DNA from: Parvularia atlantis | Taxonomy: Eukaryota | Direction: 5' to 3' | Length of the DNA: 43,929 bases | Assembly: GCA_943704415.1 (NCBI GenBank) | Contig: CALSCO010000855.1 | Coordinates: forward strand, 1 to 43,929 | In this document: piece by piece, positions 13,572 through 24,852 of the stretch | Layout: every line of letters begins with the position of its first letter | Position numbering within the stretch: the first letter of the stretch is position 1 | Position numbers and translations under genes: made by a program | The notes under the pieces: model-generated | What the model was told of the DNA's origin: nothing | The model's input: the letters and a program-made list of their open reading frames with translations, nothing else | The model's database searches: none

Positions 13572-16500
13572 ATGAAGCGCCACGTGGCCGCGGCAGAGTT
13601 GGACGGCGACCTGACCGACCTGGAGGCGGAGGACGAGCCGGAGGACGCGGGGGTGTCGGCCGTCGCGGGCGCCGTGCCGGGCTTCGGCGTGGGTGGCGGT
13701 GCGCGCGCGCCTTGTGCTCGCAAAGCGGCTGAGACGAGACGGACGCAGACGCGCTCGGGCTGGACGACGACGGCATGGCGCTGCCGCACCGCAAGAAGAG
13801 CGGCAAGTCGGGCGGGTTCCAGTCGATGGGTGCGCGCGCACGTGCACGTGCACGTGGCTGGCGCGGGCACTGACTGGGCGTCGGGCCGCAGGCCTGTCAA
13901 TGGCCGTCCTGCGCGGCGTGCTGCGCCAGGGCTTCAAGGTGCCGACGCCGATCCAGCGCCGGTGCATCCCGCTCGTGCTCGAGGGGCGCGACGTCGTTGG
14001 CATGGCGCGCACGGGCAGCGGCAAGACGGTGGCGTTTGTGGTGCCGATGCTTGAGAAGCTCAAGGCGCGCCGCGGCTCGCGGTTTGTGCGCACCCGCCTT
14101 GACGGCGCGCTCGCAGGCGCACTCGGCCAAGGTGGGCGTGCGCGCCATCGTGCTGTCGCCCTCGCGCGAGCTCGCCTTCCAAACGCTCAAGGTGCGCACG
14201 TCGGGTCGTGCGGCGCGCGGCCCCCTGACGCCGCGTCGCCAGGTCGTGAAGGAGATCGGCCGGTTCATGGACCTGCGCGTGGTCGGGCTCGTGGGCGGCG
14301 ACTCGATGGACGACCAGTTTGCGGCGCTGACCAACAACCCGGACGTGCTCGTGGCCACGCCCGGCCGGCTGATGCACCTCTGCGTGGAGATGGAGCTGTC
14401 CCTGTCGACGGTCGAGTATGTGGTTTTTGACGAGGCTGATCGGTGCGCGGCTGCCGTGCGCGCGGCTGTCGATGTGCGCTGACGCGCAGCCGCATCAGCC
14501 TGTTTGAAATGGGCTTCGAGGTTCAGCTGCGCGAGATCCTGCACCGCCTGCCGTCGTCGCGCCAGACCCTGCTGTTCTCGGTGCGCGCGTGCGCCAGCCG
14601 GTCGGCCCGCCCCGGTGCCGTGACGCGTCGCCGCTAGGCCACGCTGCCAAAGCTGCTCGTCGACTTTGCCAAGGCCGGCCTGAGTGACCCTGTGCTGATC
14701 CGCCTCGACGCCGACACGAAGATCAGCTCAGACCTCGAGGTGCGCGCCGCGAGGTGCTGCTCGAGCTGGTGCTGACCGGCAGCGCGCCAGCTCGGTTTCT
14801 TCACTACAAGCTCGCACGCCAAGACGGCGCTGCTCATGTACCTGCTGACCGAGATCATCCCGACCGAGAAGCAGGTGGCTGCCGCGTTGTGCTCGCGCTG
14901 GCAGCTCACGCGCTCGTGCGCGGCGCAGCTGACGATCGTGTTCACGTCGACCAAGCACCACGTTGAGTACCTGAGCATGATCCTCGCCAAGCTGCGCATC
15001 TCCTGTGCGGCTGCAGCCCGCTGCGCTGTGCCGCGTGCGCGCTGACGTCGGTGTGGCACGCAGGCGCTCCCGTTTACGGCACAATGGACGCCGAGGCGCG
15101 CAAGCTCAGCGTGGCGCGGTTCCGCGCCGGACAGAGCCGGGTGCGTGTGCGCGCGCCCCCCTCGTGCCGCCGCGCGACTCACCCCCGCGGCGGGCCAGGT
15201 GCTGCTTGTGACAGACGTGGCCTCGCGCGGCATCGACATCCCGCTGCTGGACAACGTGATCAACTACGACTTCCCGCCGCGGCCGAAGCTGTTTGTGCAC
15301 CGCGTGGGCCGCGCCGCGCGCGCGGGACGCCACGGGCGCGCGTTCTCGTTCGTCGCGCCAGACGAGGTCAGGCATATGCGCGCGGGCATCGCAGCCAGCG
15401 CTGAGCAGCGCCACGCGCAGATGCCGTTCTTGCTCGACCTGCAGCTGTTCCTCGGCCGCCAGCTCGTGCTCGGCAGCTCGCCGACGACTGAGACGGACGA
15501 GGGTGCGCGCGCCGCGTGAGTGCCCTGCGCGGCTGCCGGCCCTCATGCCCGCGCTCAGCCAAGACGTGCATTGTCCTCGGCTCAGTGCCGCAGCCCGTGA
15601 TCGAGGCCCTGCAGGACGAGCTCAAGACGCTGCACCAGGGCAGCGTGGACATTGTGCGCACGCGGACGCCCTCGCCGTGCCGTGCTGATGCTCGCGCAGA
15701 GCAACATGGAGCACGTCGTCAACAACGCGTACAAGATGTACCACAAAACACGGCCGGTCGCGACGCCGCCGTCGTACACGCGCGCCAAAGAGGCGCTGGC
15801 AACGATGATCCCCGTGCACCCTTGGTTCGGTGCGTGGCGTTGGCGGCTTGCTCACGCCGCTTCGCTTGACGACGGTCGCGCGTGCGGCAGCCGACAAGGT
15901 CGACCGCACGGAGGAGGAGCGGCTGCGCTTCCTCACGTCCATCCGCTCGTTCAGGCCGTCCGACGTGCGTGCCGTTGTGCGACCGGGTGAGTGCACGTCG
16001 CTGATGCCGCCGTCGCAGGCCGTGTTCGACATCGGCAAGAACGGCAAGAAGGGGCGCATGGTGCCGCGCACGCGCAAGGTCGCCCGCCCCGCCGCGGCCA
16101 CGTCTGGCAGCGAGGACGAGGCCACGCGGCACCAGGCACTGCCGTCGGCGAGCGAGGCGCAGCTCAAGGCACGACGCATTGTGTGCGGGTGCGGCGCGGG
16201 CTGACGTCCTGCCGCCGTCGCAGTCGTCGTTCCGGACGATCTTTGGCGGCGACGAGGGCGGGCGCGCGGGCGAGGAGCCCAAGCCAGCGTACCGCGACGA
16301 GGAGCACTACATCGCGTACGTGCCCAAGGGCGTGCACGGTGAGATGGGCTACGCCATGTCCAAGGACGCGAGCTTTGTGGAGCAGGCGCGCGACGCCGCG
16401 CTCGACCTGGACGGCGAGGACGCGAGCTCGATGCGGCGGAGCAAGGCGGCACTCAAGTGGGACACGAAGAAGCGCAAGTGCGCGCGGCGAGGCCGTGGCG

Positions 16501-17192
16501 CGCCAGCGGCTGCACCTCACGCGGGCCGTCGCGCAGCTTTGTGCGACCCACGGTCGGCTCGGACAACGTCAAGCGCATCCGTACCGAGTCGGGCGCGCTC
16601 ATTGCGGCGTCGTACAAGACCAACAAGTGCGCGCGCAGACGTCGCAAGGGTGCGGCACGGGCGCTCACAGCACGCACAGGTACACCGAGTGGCGCGAGAA
16701 AAACAAGATTGCGCTGTCGCACACGGGCGCGATCGAGCCGCCGCAGCTCATCCGACGCAAGGACGGGCGGTGGGTGCCGAAGCGGTCGCTCGCGCCCGAC
16801 ACGAAGTCGGACTGGCGGCGGGTGCGCGCCGTGCGCCGTTGTCACGCTGGCCTCCCCCTCAGCCTTGGCGCCAGGGCAACGTGCTCGAGGACGACGGCAA
16901 CGCGGGCGGCGAGCGCGAGGTCGCGGCGAAGGCCAAGGGCAAGGACAAGCGCAAGGGCCAACCGGCGTCGGGCGGCAAGGGCGGCAAGGGCGGCGCACGC
17001 AAGCCGCGGAGCGAGCTCAAGTCGCCCGAGCAGGTGCGTCCGGCCGCAGCCTGTGGCGCATGGGCGCTGATGCGGCGCGTGCCGCCGCAGATCCTCAAGC
17101 AGCGGCGCATCAAGAAGCGCCGCGACGACCACGCCAAACGTCGCCAGGCCGAGCGCGCGCGCAAGAACCGTGGCGGGGCGGGCAAGAAGTGA
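13572..17192 (+). CDS. DBP10: DEAD-box RNA helicase DBP10/DDX54
   Basis: [60 protein letters not shown], and the C-terminal DBP10 motif [22 protein letters not shown]. Confidence 0.95.
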
Positions 17193-17207
17193 GCGGACAT
17201 GCCACAG

Positions 17208-18114
17208 TTAATGAAAGCGATACGCCTTCAGTGGTCTCAGCTGCGCGGGGCCACCTGCGTCAGCGCCGCGGCGGAGCGTGCGCACGCGCGTACGTGGACG
17301 TAGGTGGCCTTCATGCCCGCGTCCTCCTCGGCCTTCTCGACGACCTCGCGCTCGCCCCGCGTCGAGACAACCTTCTGCGTGCGCGTGTCCGCGGGTCAGC
17401 ACGTCGCAGGGCATCGCCTTCGGCGGCGGCGCACGTTGTCGCGGTAGCGTGTGCTCTTCTTGTCGTCATTGAGGCGCAGCGTGGGCCTGGGCCACGCTGC
17501 CCAGTCATTCGCGGTGCGACAAGAGAGCGCGCGCGATCGTGCACCGGTGCGTCTGCTCCTCGCCGTTGACGAGCCGCACGGTCTCGACAAAATGCGCGCT
17601 GACGATGCGCTTCTTGACCTCGTCGTCCAGCGGTGCCGCGATCGCGCCGCCGGTGCCACGCGGCGCGGCGGTCGCCGGGCCGTCGACGCTGCTTCGCCCG
17701 GCGGCGTCGTTCTCCTTGCCGTGCAGTGGCACAACGCTGACCGTTACGGCCGGCGCCGGTGCCGTGGCCTGTGCGGCGGCCCACGTCTCGCGCAACCACG
17801 CGAGTACGTCCACGTCCGTCTGCTTGCGCGCTCAGCCGAGGCGCGGCGTGCGCAGGCGCGCGCAGCACGCACCGCGACGTCGTCCACGCCCACGACGCCC
17901 GCCACCGCCTCGAGCCATTCGGCCGCGTCGTCCGGCCCGGGCTCGGCCGCGGCGTGCGCCACGTCGTCGAGCAGGCGCGCGAGGAACTCTTGCTGTGCGC
18001 CGTCGAGCGCGTCCCTGTGCGCGGCCGCACCGTCAGGCCGCCGCGCACGGGACGCGGGCACAACGAGCGCGCGCGCCAGAGTGACGGCCCAACAACGGCT
18101 CGAAGCGTCACCAT
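17208..18114 (-). CDS. CUEDC2: CUEDC2-like protein
   Basis: Spliced C-terminus DEVKKRIV..QTHRPTL..RYRDNKVVSTRGER..MKATYV..LRPLKAYRFH* resembles the recalled CUEDC2 end (RYIDNQVVSTKGER..MKATYINLKPARKYRFH). Confidence 0.8.
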
Positions 18115-18158
18115 ACGCGCTCGTAGTGTTTGATTTCTAAGTGGGACGCGCAACCAGC

Positions 18159-19743
18159 TCAAGGCTTCTTCGCGAAGAGGTAGTGCGAGACGCCCCACTC
18201 GTCCTTGTGAAAGTTCCACATCTCGGCGCTGCACACCCGGTGAGCGGCCGGTGGAGCGGTGCGACAAAAAGACGACGCACCAGGCCAGGAAGAAGATGCG
18301 CCAGCGCGCGAGCCACATCGTCGCCTTGTCCGGGCCGTACGTGTCGCCCTGGTCGCGCGCGGCGTGAGCAGCGGCGGGCAGCGTGCTCGCGCGCGCGCGC
18401 GCGCACCATGATCTTGAGCACGGCCTTCGTGTGCTTGTCCGTGTTTTGCAGCCAGTGCTCGGCCGTGCGGCCTGCGTCGCGCGCCAGCGGTGAGCGGCTG
18501 CCGCACGACCGCGAGCGCGCGCGCACACGCACCGTAGTGGCTGCCCTCGACGAACCACTTGTTGACAATCGTCACGTGGTCCTGCGCGGGCCGGGCGTCA
18601 GGGAGGCCAGACACGCGCGCGCACGCCGCACACCTGGAAGTACAGCAGGAGGTCGTCCGAGGGCATTGTGCCGCCCGTGAAGAAGTACTTGGCGATCCAG
18701 CTGGCCTCCTCGCCCGCGTCAAAGTCGTAGGCGTACTGGCGCGGCGGGCGCGTGAGCCGCGCAGACGCAGCGGCGCAGGGCACAAGCGCACACCTTGGGG
18801 TGCGTGAAGATGTGGATGAAGAGCATGCCATCGTCCTTGAGCCACGACGAGACCTTGGCCAGCAGCTTCTGGTAGTTTTTCATGTGCTCGAACATCTCGA
18901 TCGACATGACGCGGTCAAACCTGCGCGGCGGGTGAGCGGGCCGCGCGAGACCCCGCTCGCGTGCGCACGCACGCACTTCTTGGGCTCGAGCTGCGCGTCG
19001 TTGATGTCCTTCGTAATGATCGTCAGGTTCCTGAAGCCCTTGTCGGCCGCGACCTTCATGATGTGCTCGCGCTGCGTGGCCGAGTGCGAGAGGCCGGTGA
19101 TGCGCGAGTTGGGGTACTTCTGCGCTCGCTCGCACGGGCCGCGTGAGCGAACACACGCCGCACGGCTCGTGCACGCGCGCCGCACCTCGGCCAGGTACAG
19201 CGAGAGCGAGCCCCAGCCGCAGCCGAGGTCGAGCACGTCGAGGCCGTCGCGAAGCTGCGCGCGCTCGCAGTACAGCGCGAGCATGTTCTCCTCGGCCGTG
19301 TCGAGCGAGTCGTTCGCTGCGCACGTACGCGTGCACGCTCAGCGCGGGCCACCACATGCGCGTGCGCGCGCGCCGCACCGGTCTTGTAGTAGCAGCCCGA
19401 GTACTTGAGGCGCTTGCCGAGGCAGAGCTTGTAGAACTCGGTCGGGACCTCGTAGTGCTGCTCCTTTGACTCGGACGTGTTGATGGCGATCGGCAGCGTC
19501 TTGAGCTTCTGCACGTAGGCGACCTTGGCCGCGGCCTCGGCCTGTGCGTGGGCGGGCAGGCGGGTAAGCGAGCGAGCGCTGTGGCTGGCCCAGGCCGCGC
19601 AGCCGACCTCGAACGAGCCCTTCTTGCACCCGTTGAGTACGTCCTGCAGGAACTTGCGCATGGCGAGGCGCACGAGCGTGTCCGGCACGACGTTCATGTC
19701 GACCAGGGTGTAGATCTGCTGCATGACGGCCGCGTACGCCATG
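18159..19743 (-). CDS. CMAS-family SAM methyltransferase, coclaurine N-methyltransferase-like subtype
   Basis: PIAINT..EQHYEVPTEFY..LGKRLKYSGCYY, LDLGCGWGSLSLY, FDRVMSIEMFEHMKNY, YFFTGGTMPSDDLL, WRIFFLA, EWGVSHYLF. Confidence 0.92.
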
Positions 19744-19925
19744 GTTCGAGGCGCGACTGCCGGCGAAGCAAAGGAAAGCGCTGCGGTTGGTGCGATTCGG
19801 CCTGCGTCACCGGCGGATCGCGCCAATCGGGACGCCCCGAACGACGTTCCGCGCCGTTCAAGAACAGCGAGCATTTCCGTCCCGTTCAAAGCCGCCGCTC
19901 GCCCGCCGCCCCGACCCACACCCAG

Positions 19926-21891
19926 ATGGACGTCGTCTCGACCCTCGCCGTCGCCGTGCGCACGGGATTCTCGCTCACGGCGCTCGGTGTGCACAGCCTC
20001 CCGCGTCAGCGCGCGCGATCTGCTCACGCTGTGGGGCAACGCGCTCAGGCCAGCACGTCTTCCTGGGGCTGCTGGCCAACATCGCCGAGGGCCACATCAA
20101 GGTCGTGCTGCCCGACAAGAGCGAGTGCGTGCGCCCAGCGCGGGCGGGATGCGCGCCGCCTGACGCCGCCCTTCCCCCCCTGGATTCGCAGGAGGACGTT
20201 TGGCCCGGCCGACGCCAAGCTCCGCGCGACGCTCACCGTGCACGAGGCCGACTTCTGGGCGCGCCTGATCCGCAGCGCCGACCTCGTGCGTGATGGCCGC
20301 CTCGGGTGCGCGTGCGCGCGTGCTCACGCCGACCGCAGGGCTTCGCCGAGGCGTACATGGCGGGGGAGATCACGGTCGACAACCTGACGACACTGCTGAA
20401 GGCACGCCGTTGGCGCCCTTGCGACCACGCACGCGCGCATTCTGACCGCTCGGCTGGCGCACGCGTGCGCATAGATCTTCATCTTCAACCGCGAGCGCAT
20501 GGGCGGGCTCGACACCAACTACGCCTGGTTCGGCCACCTCGTCGACAAGGCACGGGCGCGCCCACCCGCCAGTCTCGTGCGCGCGCGCGCTGACACACAC
20601 GCGCAGATCTCGCACTGGCAGCAGGCCAACAGCCTTGGCCAGGCGCAGGACAACGTCGCGGCGCACTACGACCTGAGCAACGAGCTCTTCCAGGCGCGCA
20701 GGCGTTGCGCAGGGATCGCGGTAGCCTGCTGACGCCTCCGCGCGCGTGCACAGACCTTCCTCGACCCGACCATGTCGTACTCGTGCGCCATCTACCGCTC
20801 CGAGAAGGAGACGCTCGAGCAGGCGCAGATGAACAAGATTCGCACGATCATCGAGAAGGCCAAGGTCAAGAGCACCGACCACGTGCTCGAGATCGGCTCG
20901 GGCTGGGGCGCGCTGGCGATGGAGGCCGTGCGCATGACCGGCTGCCGCGTCACGTCCATCACGCTCAGCAAGGAGCAGAAGCAGGTACGCTTGCGCACGA
21001 ACGCGCGCGCACTCGTACTGACACCCGCGCGCAGCTCGCTGACGAGCGCATCGCCGCGGCTGGCCTCAGCGACCGCATCGAGATCAGGCTGATCGACTAC
21101 CGCCAAGTCGAGGGCCAGTTTGACAAGATCATCTCGGTCGAGATGGTCCGTGCGGCCGCACCGCCCTCGCGCATGAACGCTAACGGGGGCCACGCCACGC
21201 CCCGCAGATCGAGCAGGTCGGCCACGAGTTCCTCCCCGTCTACTTCAAGACGATCGAGCGCCTGCTCAAGCCGTCGGGCATCGCCGTGGTCCAGGTGCGG
21301 CCGCGCAGTGCCGCGCCTGCGACGCTGAGCCCCGTCGCCCAGGCAATCACCATGCCCGACTTCCGCTACGACGCGTACCTCAAGAGCTGCGACTTTATCC
21401 AGAAGCACATCTTCCCGGGCACGGTGCGTGTGTGTGCGTGCGCCGCTGTGTCTGAGCCGCGCGCGCGGCGTGCCAGGTCTGCCCGTCGATCACCGCCATG
21501 ATCAACGCCCTTACGGGGCACACGCAGCTGGTCGTGCACGACCTCGAGAACATCGGCGCGCACTACGCACGGTGCGCCGCCCTCCCGTGCTTGCCCGCCC
21601 GCCAGCGTGCCGAGCGTCGCCGTTGCGCGCCCAGCACGCTCCGAACATGGAACGACAACCTCAAGGCCAACGCCAAGAAGGTCGCGCAGCTCGGCTTTGA
21701 CGACAAATTCATGCGCACGTGGGACTACTACTTCTGCTACTGCGAGGTGCGCGCGCGGTGGCCCGTATCCGCGGCGTGCTGACGGCTTGGCCGGCGCGCA
21801 GGCGGGCTTCGCGACGCGCACGCTCGGCGACGTGCACCTCGTCCTGTCGCGGACGGGCAACCTAGCCATGTCTGAAGGCGTGCCGGAATGA
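19926..21891 (+). CDS. cfa: cyclopropane-fatty-acyl-phospholipid synthase-like methyltransferase
   Basis: GFAEAYMAGE, NVAAHYDLSNELF, LDPTMSYSCA, VLEIGSGWG, SITLSKEQ, FDKIISVEM, DFIQKHIFPG, RTWDYYFCYCEAGF. Confidence 0.93.
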
Positions 21892-22016
21892 CGCCGCCTC
21901 CGCCAGTCGTACGCACTTTGGCTGCCATCTTTTACTCTTTTTCTTTCGCGCCGATGATGTCTCGTCTGTGCATCTGATCCGGGTTACTTTTTGCGGTGCG
22001 ACAAGGGTGGGGAAGG

Positions 22017-23178
22017 TCAAGCGGTGGCGGTGCGGCCGCGCCACTCGTCAAACAGCTTCTGCAGCTGGTCGACGGGGTCGGCCGCGCCCGCGGGCTGGAA
22101 CGGCACGTTCAGGTCGAGGTAATAGCGGCCGCGCGCGCAGCCGTTGGTATCGCAGCTGCGGCGCCGGTTCAGCGACACGGCACAGACCGCTGCCGGCACG
22201 TAGCACGCACCGCTCGTCGTTGATGTCGGTGGCGCGCGCCGCGATGGTAAAGCCGATGTGGCCGCACTTGGCGAAGCTCGCGGGCGGGCAGCCGCAGCTG
22301 GTCGGGCGCGACTGCGAGCACGAGCAGCGGCCGTCGCCGCCGCCCTCGCGCGCCACCTGATTGCGCGGTGGTGAGCCGTCTAGCGCGCGCGCAACGCGTC
22401 CGGCCGCGCACCTGCAGGCCGTCCATCAGCAGCTGCGGAATGTCGCCGTCCATGCGGCGGATCAGCGCCTCGACTGCGCTGACGACGCACGGGCCCGTGA
22501 GTATGTTGCCCTGGACGGCGTACGTGAGGTTGCCGATCTGGCCCGTCACGCCGCCGGCCCAGTCCTGCGCAACGCGGCGGCCCGCTGAGCAACGGCCACC
22601 CGCGTGCGGCAGCGACCAGCGGCGCACCGACGTCGACGTGCCGGTGAAGGTCATCGCGCGGCCCAGCGTGTCAACCAGGCCGTACTGGCGCGACTGGTGG
22701 CCCGACAGGCGCGCCAGGTCCGTGAGGATGTCGTCCGGGTCCTTGCCGGCCTCGAGGCCCGCCTGCATCGTCTGGCGGCGCGTCGCATCCGAGTCGACCG
22801 ACGACTGCGCCGGGTCAATTGTCAGCGCACACGCTCGCTGCCGTTTGCGGCGCGCACGCACCTGGCTGCAGCCGACGCCCTTGCCGATGACGATCACCGG
22901 CAGTAGCGCCTTGAGGTCTGTGCGCGTGCATACGTGTCAGCCGCCTGCACGCAACGCGTCCCCGCGCGCCCGACGTGCCGTAGGTGGTCACACACGTGAC
23001 CGCGGCGACGCCGACCTCCTTCGTGGCCGTGTTGACGATCTGCGGCCGTGCTCAGCCCCGAACGCGTCACGGCCTCCGCAGTGCATCGTGAACGCACGAC
23101 GATGCTCCACGTCGCGCGGGCGGGCGCGGCGGCCAGCGCCGCCAGCAGGACGATCAGCACAATGACAGGCTTCATCAT
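22017..23178 (-). CDS. secreted DUF1028-family (Ntn-hydrolase-like) protein
   Basis: Signal peptide ending APARA, then [69 protein letters not shown]. Confidence 0.85.
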
Positions 23179-23232
23179 CGAAAAACTGCTCTTGGTTCTG
23201 CATCTTCATCCTCACTGCTGCTGCTGCTGCTG

Positions 23233-23263
<31 letters not shown>

Positions 23264-23354
23264 CGGTGGCGGCTGGCTTGCGCACGATGCCGAAGGTGAC
23301 CTTGCGCACAAAGCCCTTTGTCGTGGCGCTGGCCAAGCCCGCCGCGACCTTGGC

Positions 23355-24812
23355 CTACACCTTGGCGAGCTTGGCGAGCTTCGCGCCGTTGCCGCCGTTG
23401 GTGCCGTTGGAGCCGTTGGTGCTGGCGTGTGCGGCTGCCAGTCTGGCTGGCTGGGCCGGCGCAGGCGCATCGTGTTGATGTGTCGCGGCCCGGTTCTGGT
23501 GTCGCTTGCCCTTGACGTGCTCGTTGAGCTGTCCAACAGAGACAGCCGTCTGGCAGACCGGGCACATGACGACACCGCTGCTCGTGCCAGCGCTGCTGCT
23601 CGTGCTGACGCTGACGCTGCCCGTGCTGCCCGTGCTGCTGGTGCTACTAGTGCTGTTACGGCGGGCGCTCGTCGCGGCATGCTCGCGCCGCCGGCGCTGG
23701 TGCGGCTTGTGCTGCTCTGCTGGCCTCGCCGGCTCGAGCGTCGACGGCATGGTGCTGTAGTGCACCGGAGGCCGCAAGCCGTGCGGTGCGTGCCCGTAGT
23801 CGACCTGCTCGGGCCGGTCGTAGCCGCCGTAGAGCGGCGGGACGTGCCGCTGGTCGGGCGGGCCGTGCTGCGCGTAGTACGGCTCGGGCCAGCCAGCGGG
23901 GGCGTGCCAGGCGGGCGGCGCGTAGCCGAGCTGCTCCAGGCGGCTCGGATGGATGTGACCGTGCCGGTCGGGCGACGGGTAGGCTGGCTGCCCGTGCGTG
24001 TGCTCGTGCGGTACGAAGCCGTGCTCATGCGGTGCATAGCCGTGCTCGTGCCCGTGCTCGTGCAGCGTGTAGCCGTGCCCGTATGGTGCGTAGCCGTAGC
24101 CCGGGTCCGCGTGCCACGCCTCGCCGTAGTGCTGCTGCTGCGGCGGCGGCGCGTACCCGTACATCGGTGGCGCGTGGCGAGCCTGCGACCACGGCGGCGG
24201 CGCATGGCCGTGCCTGGTCGCGTTCGCAAACGCCCGCGCAGACGGCGGCGGCGGTGGCGGCAGCGGCGGCGCGGCATAGCCCATGTTTGCGAGCCGGCTC
24301 GGGTGGATAAAGCCGTGGCGGTCCGGCGACGGCGCAGGCCCCGGCCCTGCGTGCTGCTCGCGCTGCTGCTCACGCCGCTTGGCCATGCGTTCCAGCTCGC
24401 GGTGGTGCACCGTCACGTCGAGGCCGGCGCGCGTCCCGACGAGGTACTCGCGCAGCAGCTCCACGAACGAGACCGAGCGGTGCATGCCGCTCTTGCACCC
24501 GACAAACACGTGCGCCTCGGTCGCGTACGAGCCGCGCAAGCCGTCCAGCAGCGCGTTGACGCGCGCGCACAGCTCGTCGAACCGCGCGCGCGCCTGCGGC
24601 ACGTCCATGAGCGCCGCGCGCAGGCGCTGGTCCAGGCCGGTGATGAACTTCTGGCTGCGCAGGAACTCGCGCGGGTGCGGCACGTCGCGCACGTCCAGCA
24701 CGAGCGTCGCAGGCGCATGCTGCGCCTGCTCGGCCACGGCGCGGCTCTCCGGGTGCTTGAGGCCGAGCGTGGCGAGGTGCACGCGCAGCTGCGGCCACGC
24801 GGCGGGCTCCAT
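23355..24812 (-). CDS. intronless protein: RapZ C-terminal-like domain, His/Pro/Tyr/Gly low-complexity region, U1/matrin-type C2H2 zinc finger
   Basis: [47 protein letters not shown] fits the RapZ-C consensus (SFG.K..DvR..TGlD..GC.GG.HRSV..HR). [14 protein letters not shown] fits a U1-like finger. Confidence 0.8.
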   Translation of the reverse strand: MEPAAWPQLRVHLATLGLKHPESRAVAEQAQHAPATLVLDVRDVPHPREFLRSQKFITGLDQRLRAALMDVPQARARFDELCARVNALLDGLRGSYATEAHVFVGCKSGMHRSVSFVELLREYLVGTRAGLDVTVHHRELERMAKRREQQREQHAGPGPAPSPDRHGFIHPSRLANMGYAAPPLPPPPPPSARAFANATRHGHAPPPWSQARHAPPMYGYAPPPQQQHYGEAWHADPGYGYAPYGHGYTLHEHGHEHGYAPHEHGFVPHEHTHGQPAYPSPDRHGHIHPSRLEQLGYAPPAWHAPAGWPEPYYAQHGPPDQRHVPPLYGGYDRPEQVDYGHAPHGLRPPVHYSTMPSTLEPARPAEQHKPHQRRRREHAATSARRNSTSSTSSTGSTGSVSVSTSSSAGTSSGVVMCPVCQTAVSVGQLNEHVKGKRHQNRAATHQHDAPAPAQPARLAAAHASTNGSNGTNGGNGAKLAKLAKV

Positions 24813-24852
24813 CCGCCGAAGCGCGCTGTGAGCAGCCGGTACGACGCAGATA

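Noticed and set aside
23355..23357. TAG reassigned as a sense codon (alternative genetic code)
   Set aside because: RPAIN (30080-30082) and UQCRC2 (36790-36792) end at TAG at their expected C-termini, and I saw no in-frame TAG in conserved exons.
23355..23360. GTGTAG as a 6-nt micro-intron removing the stop
   Set aside because: It is far below any known spliceosomal intron size and has no branch point.
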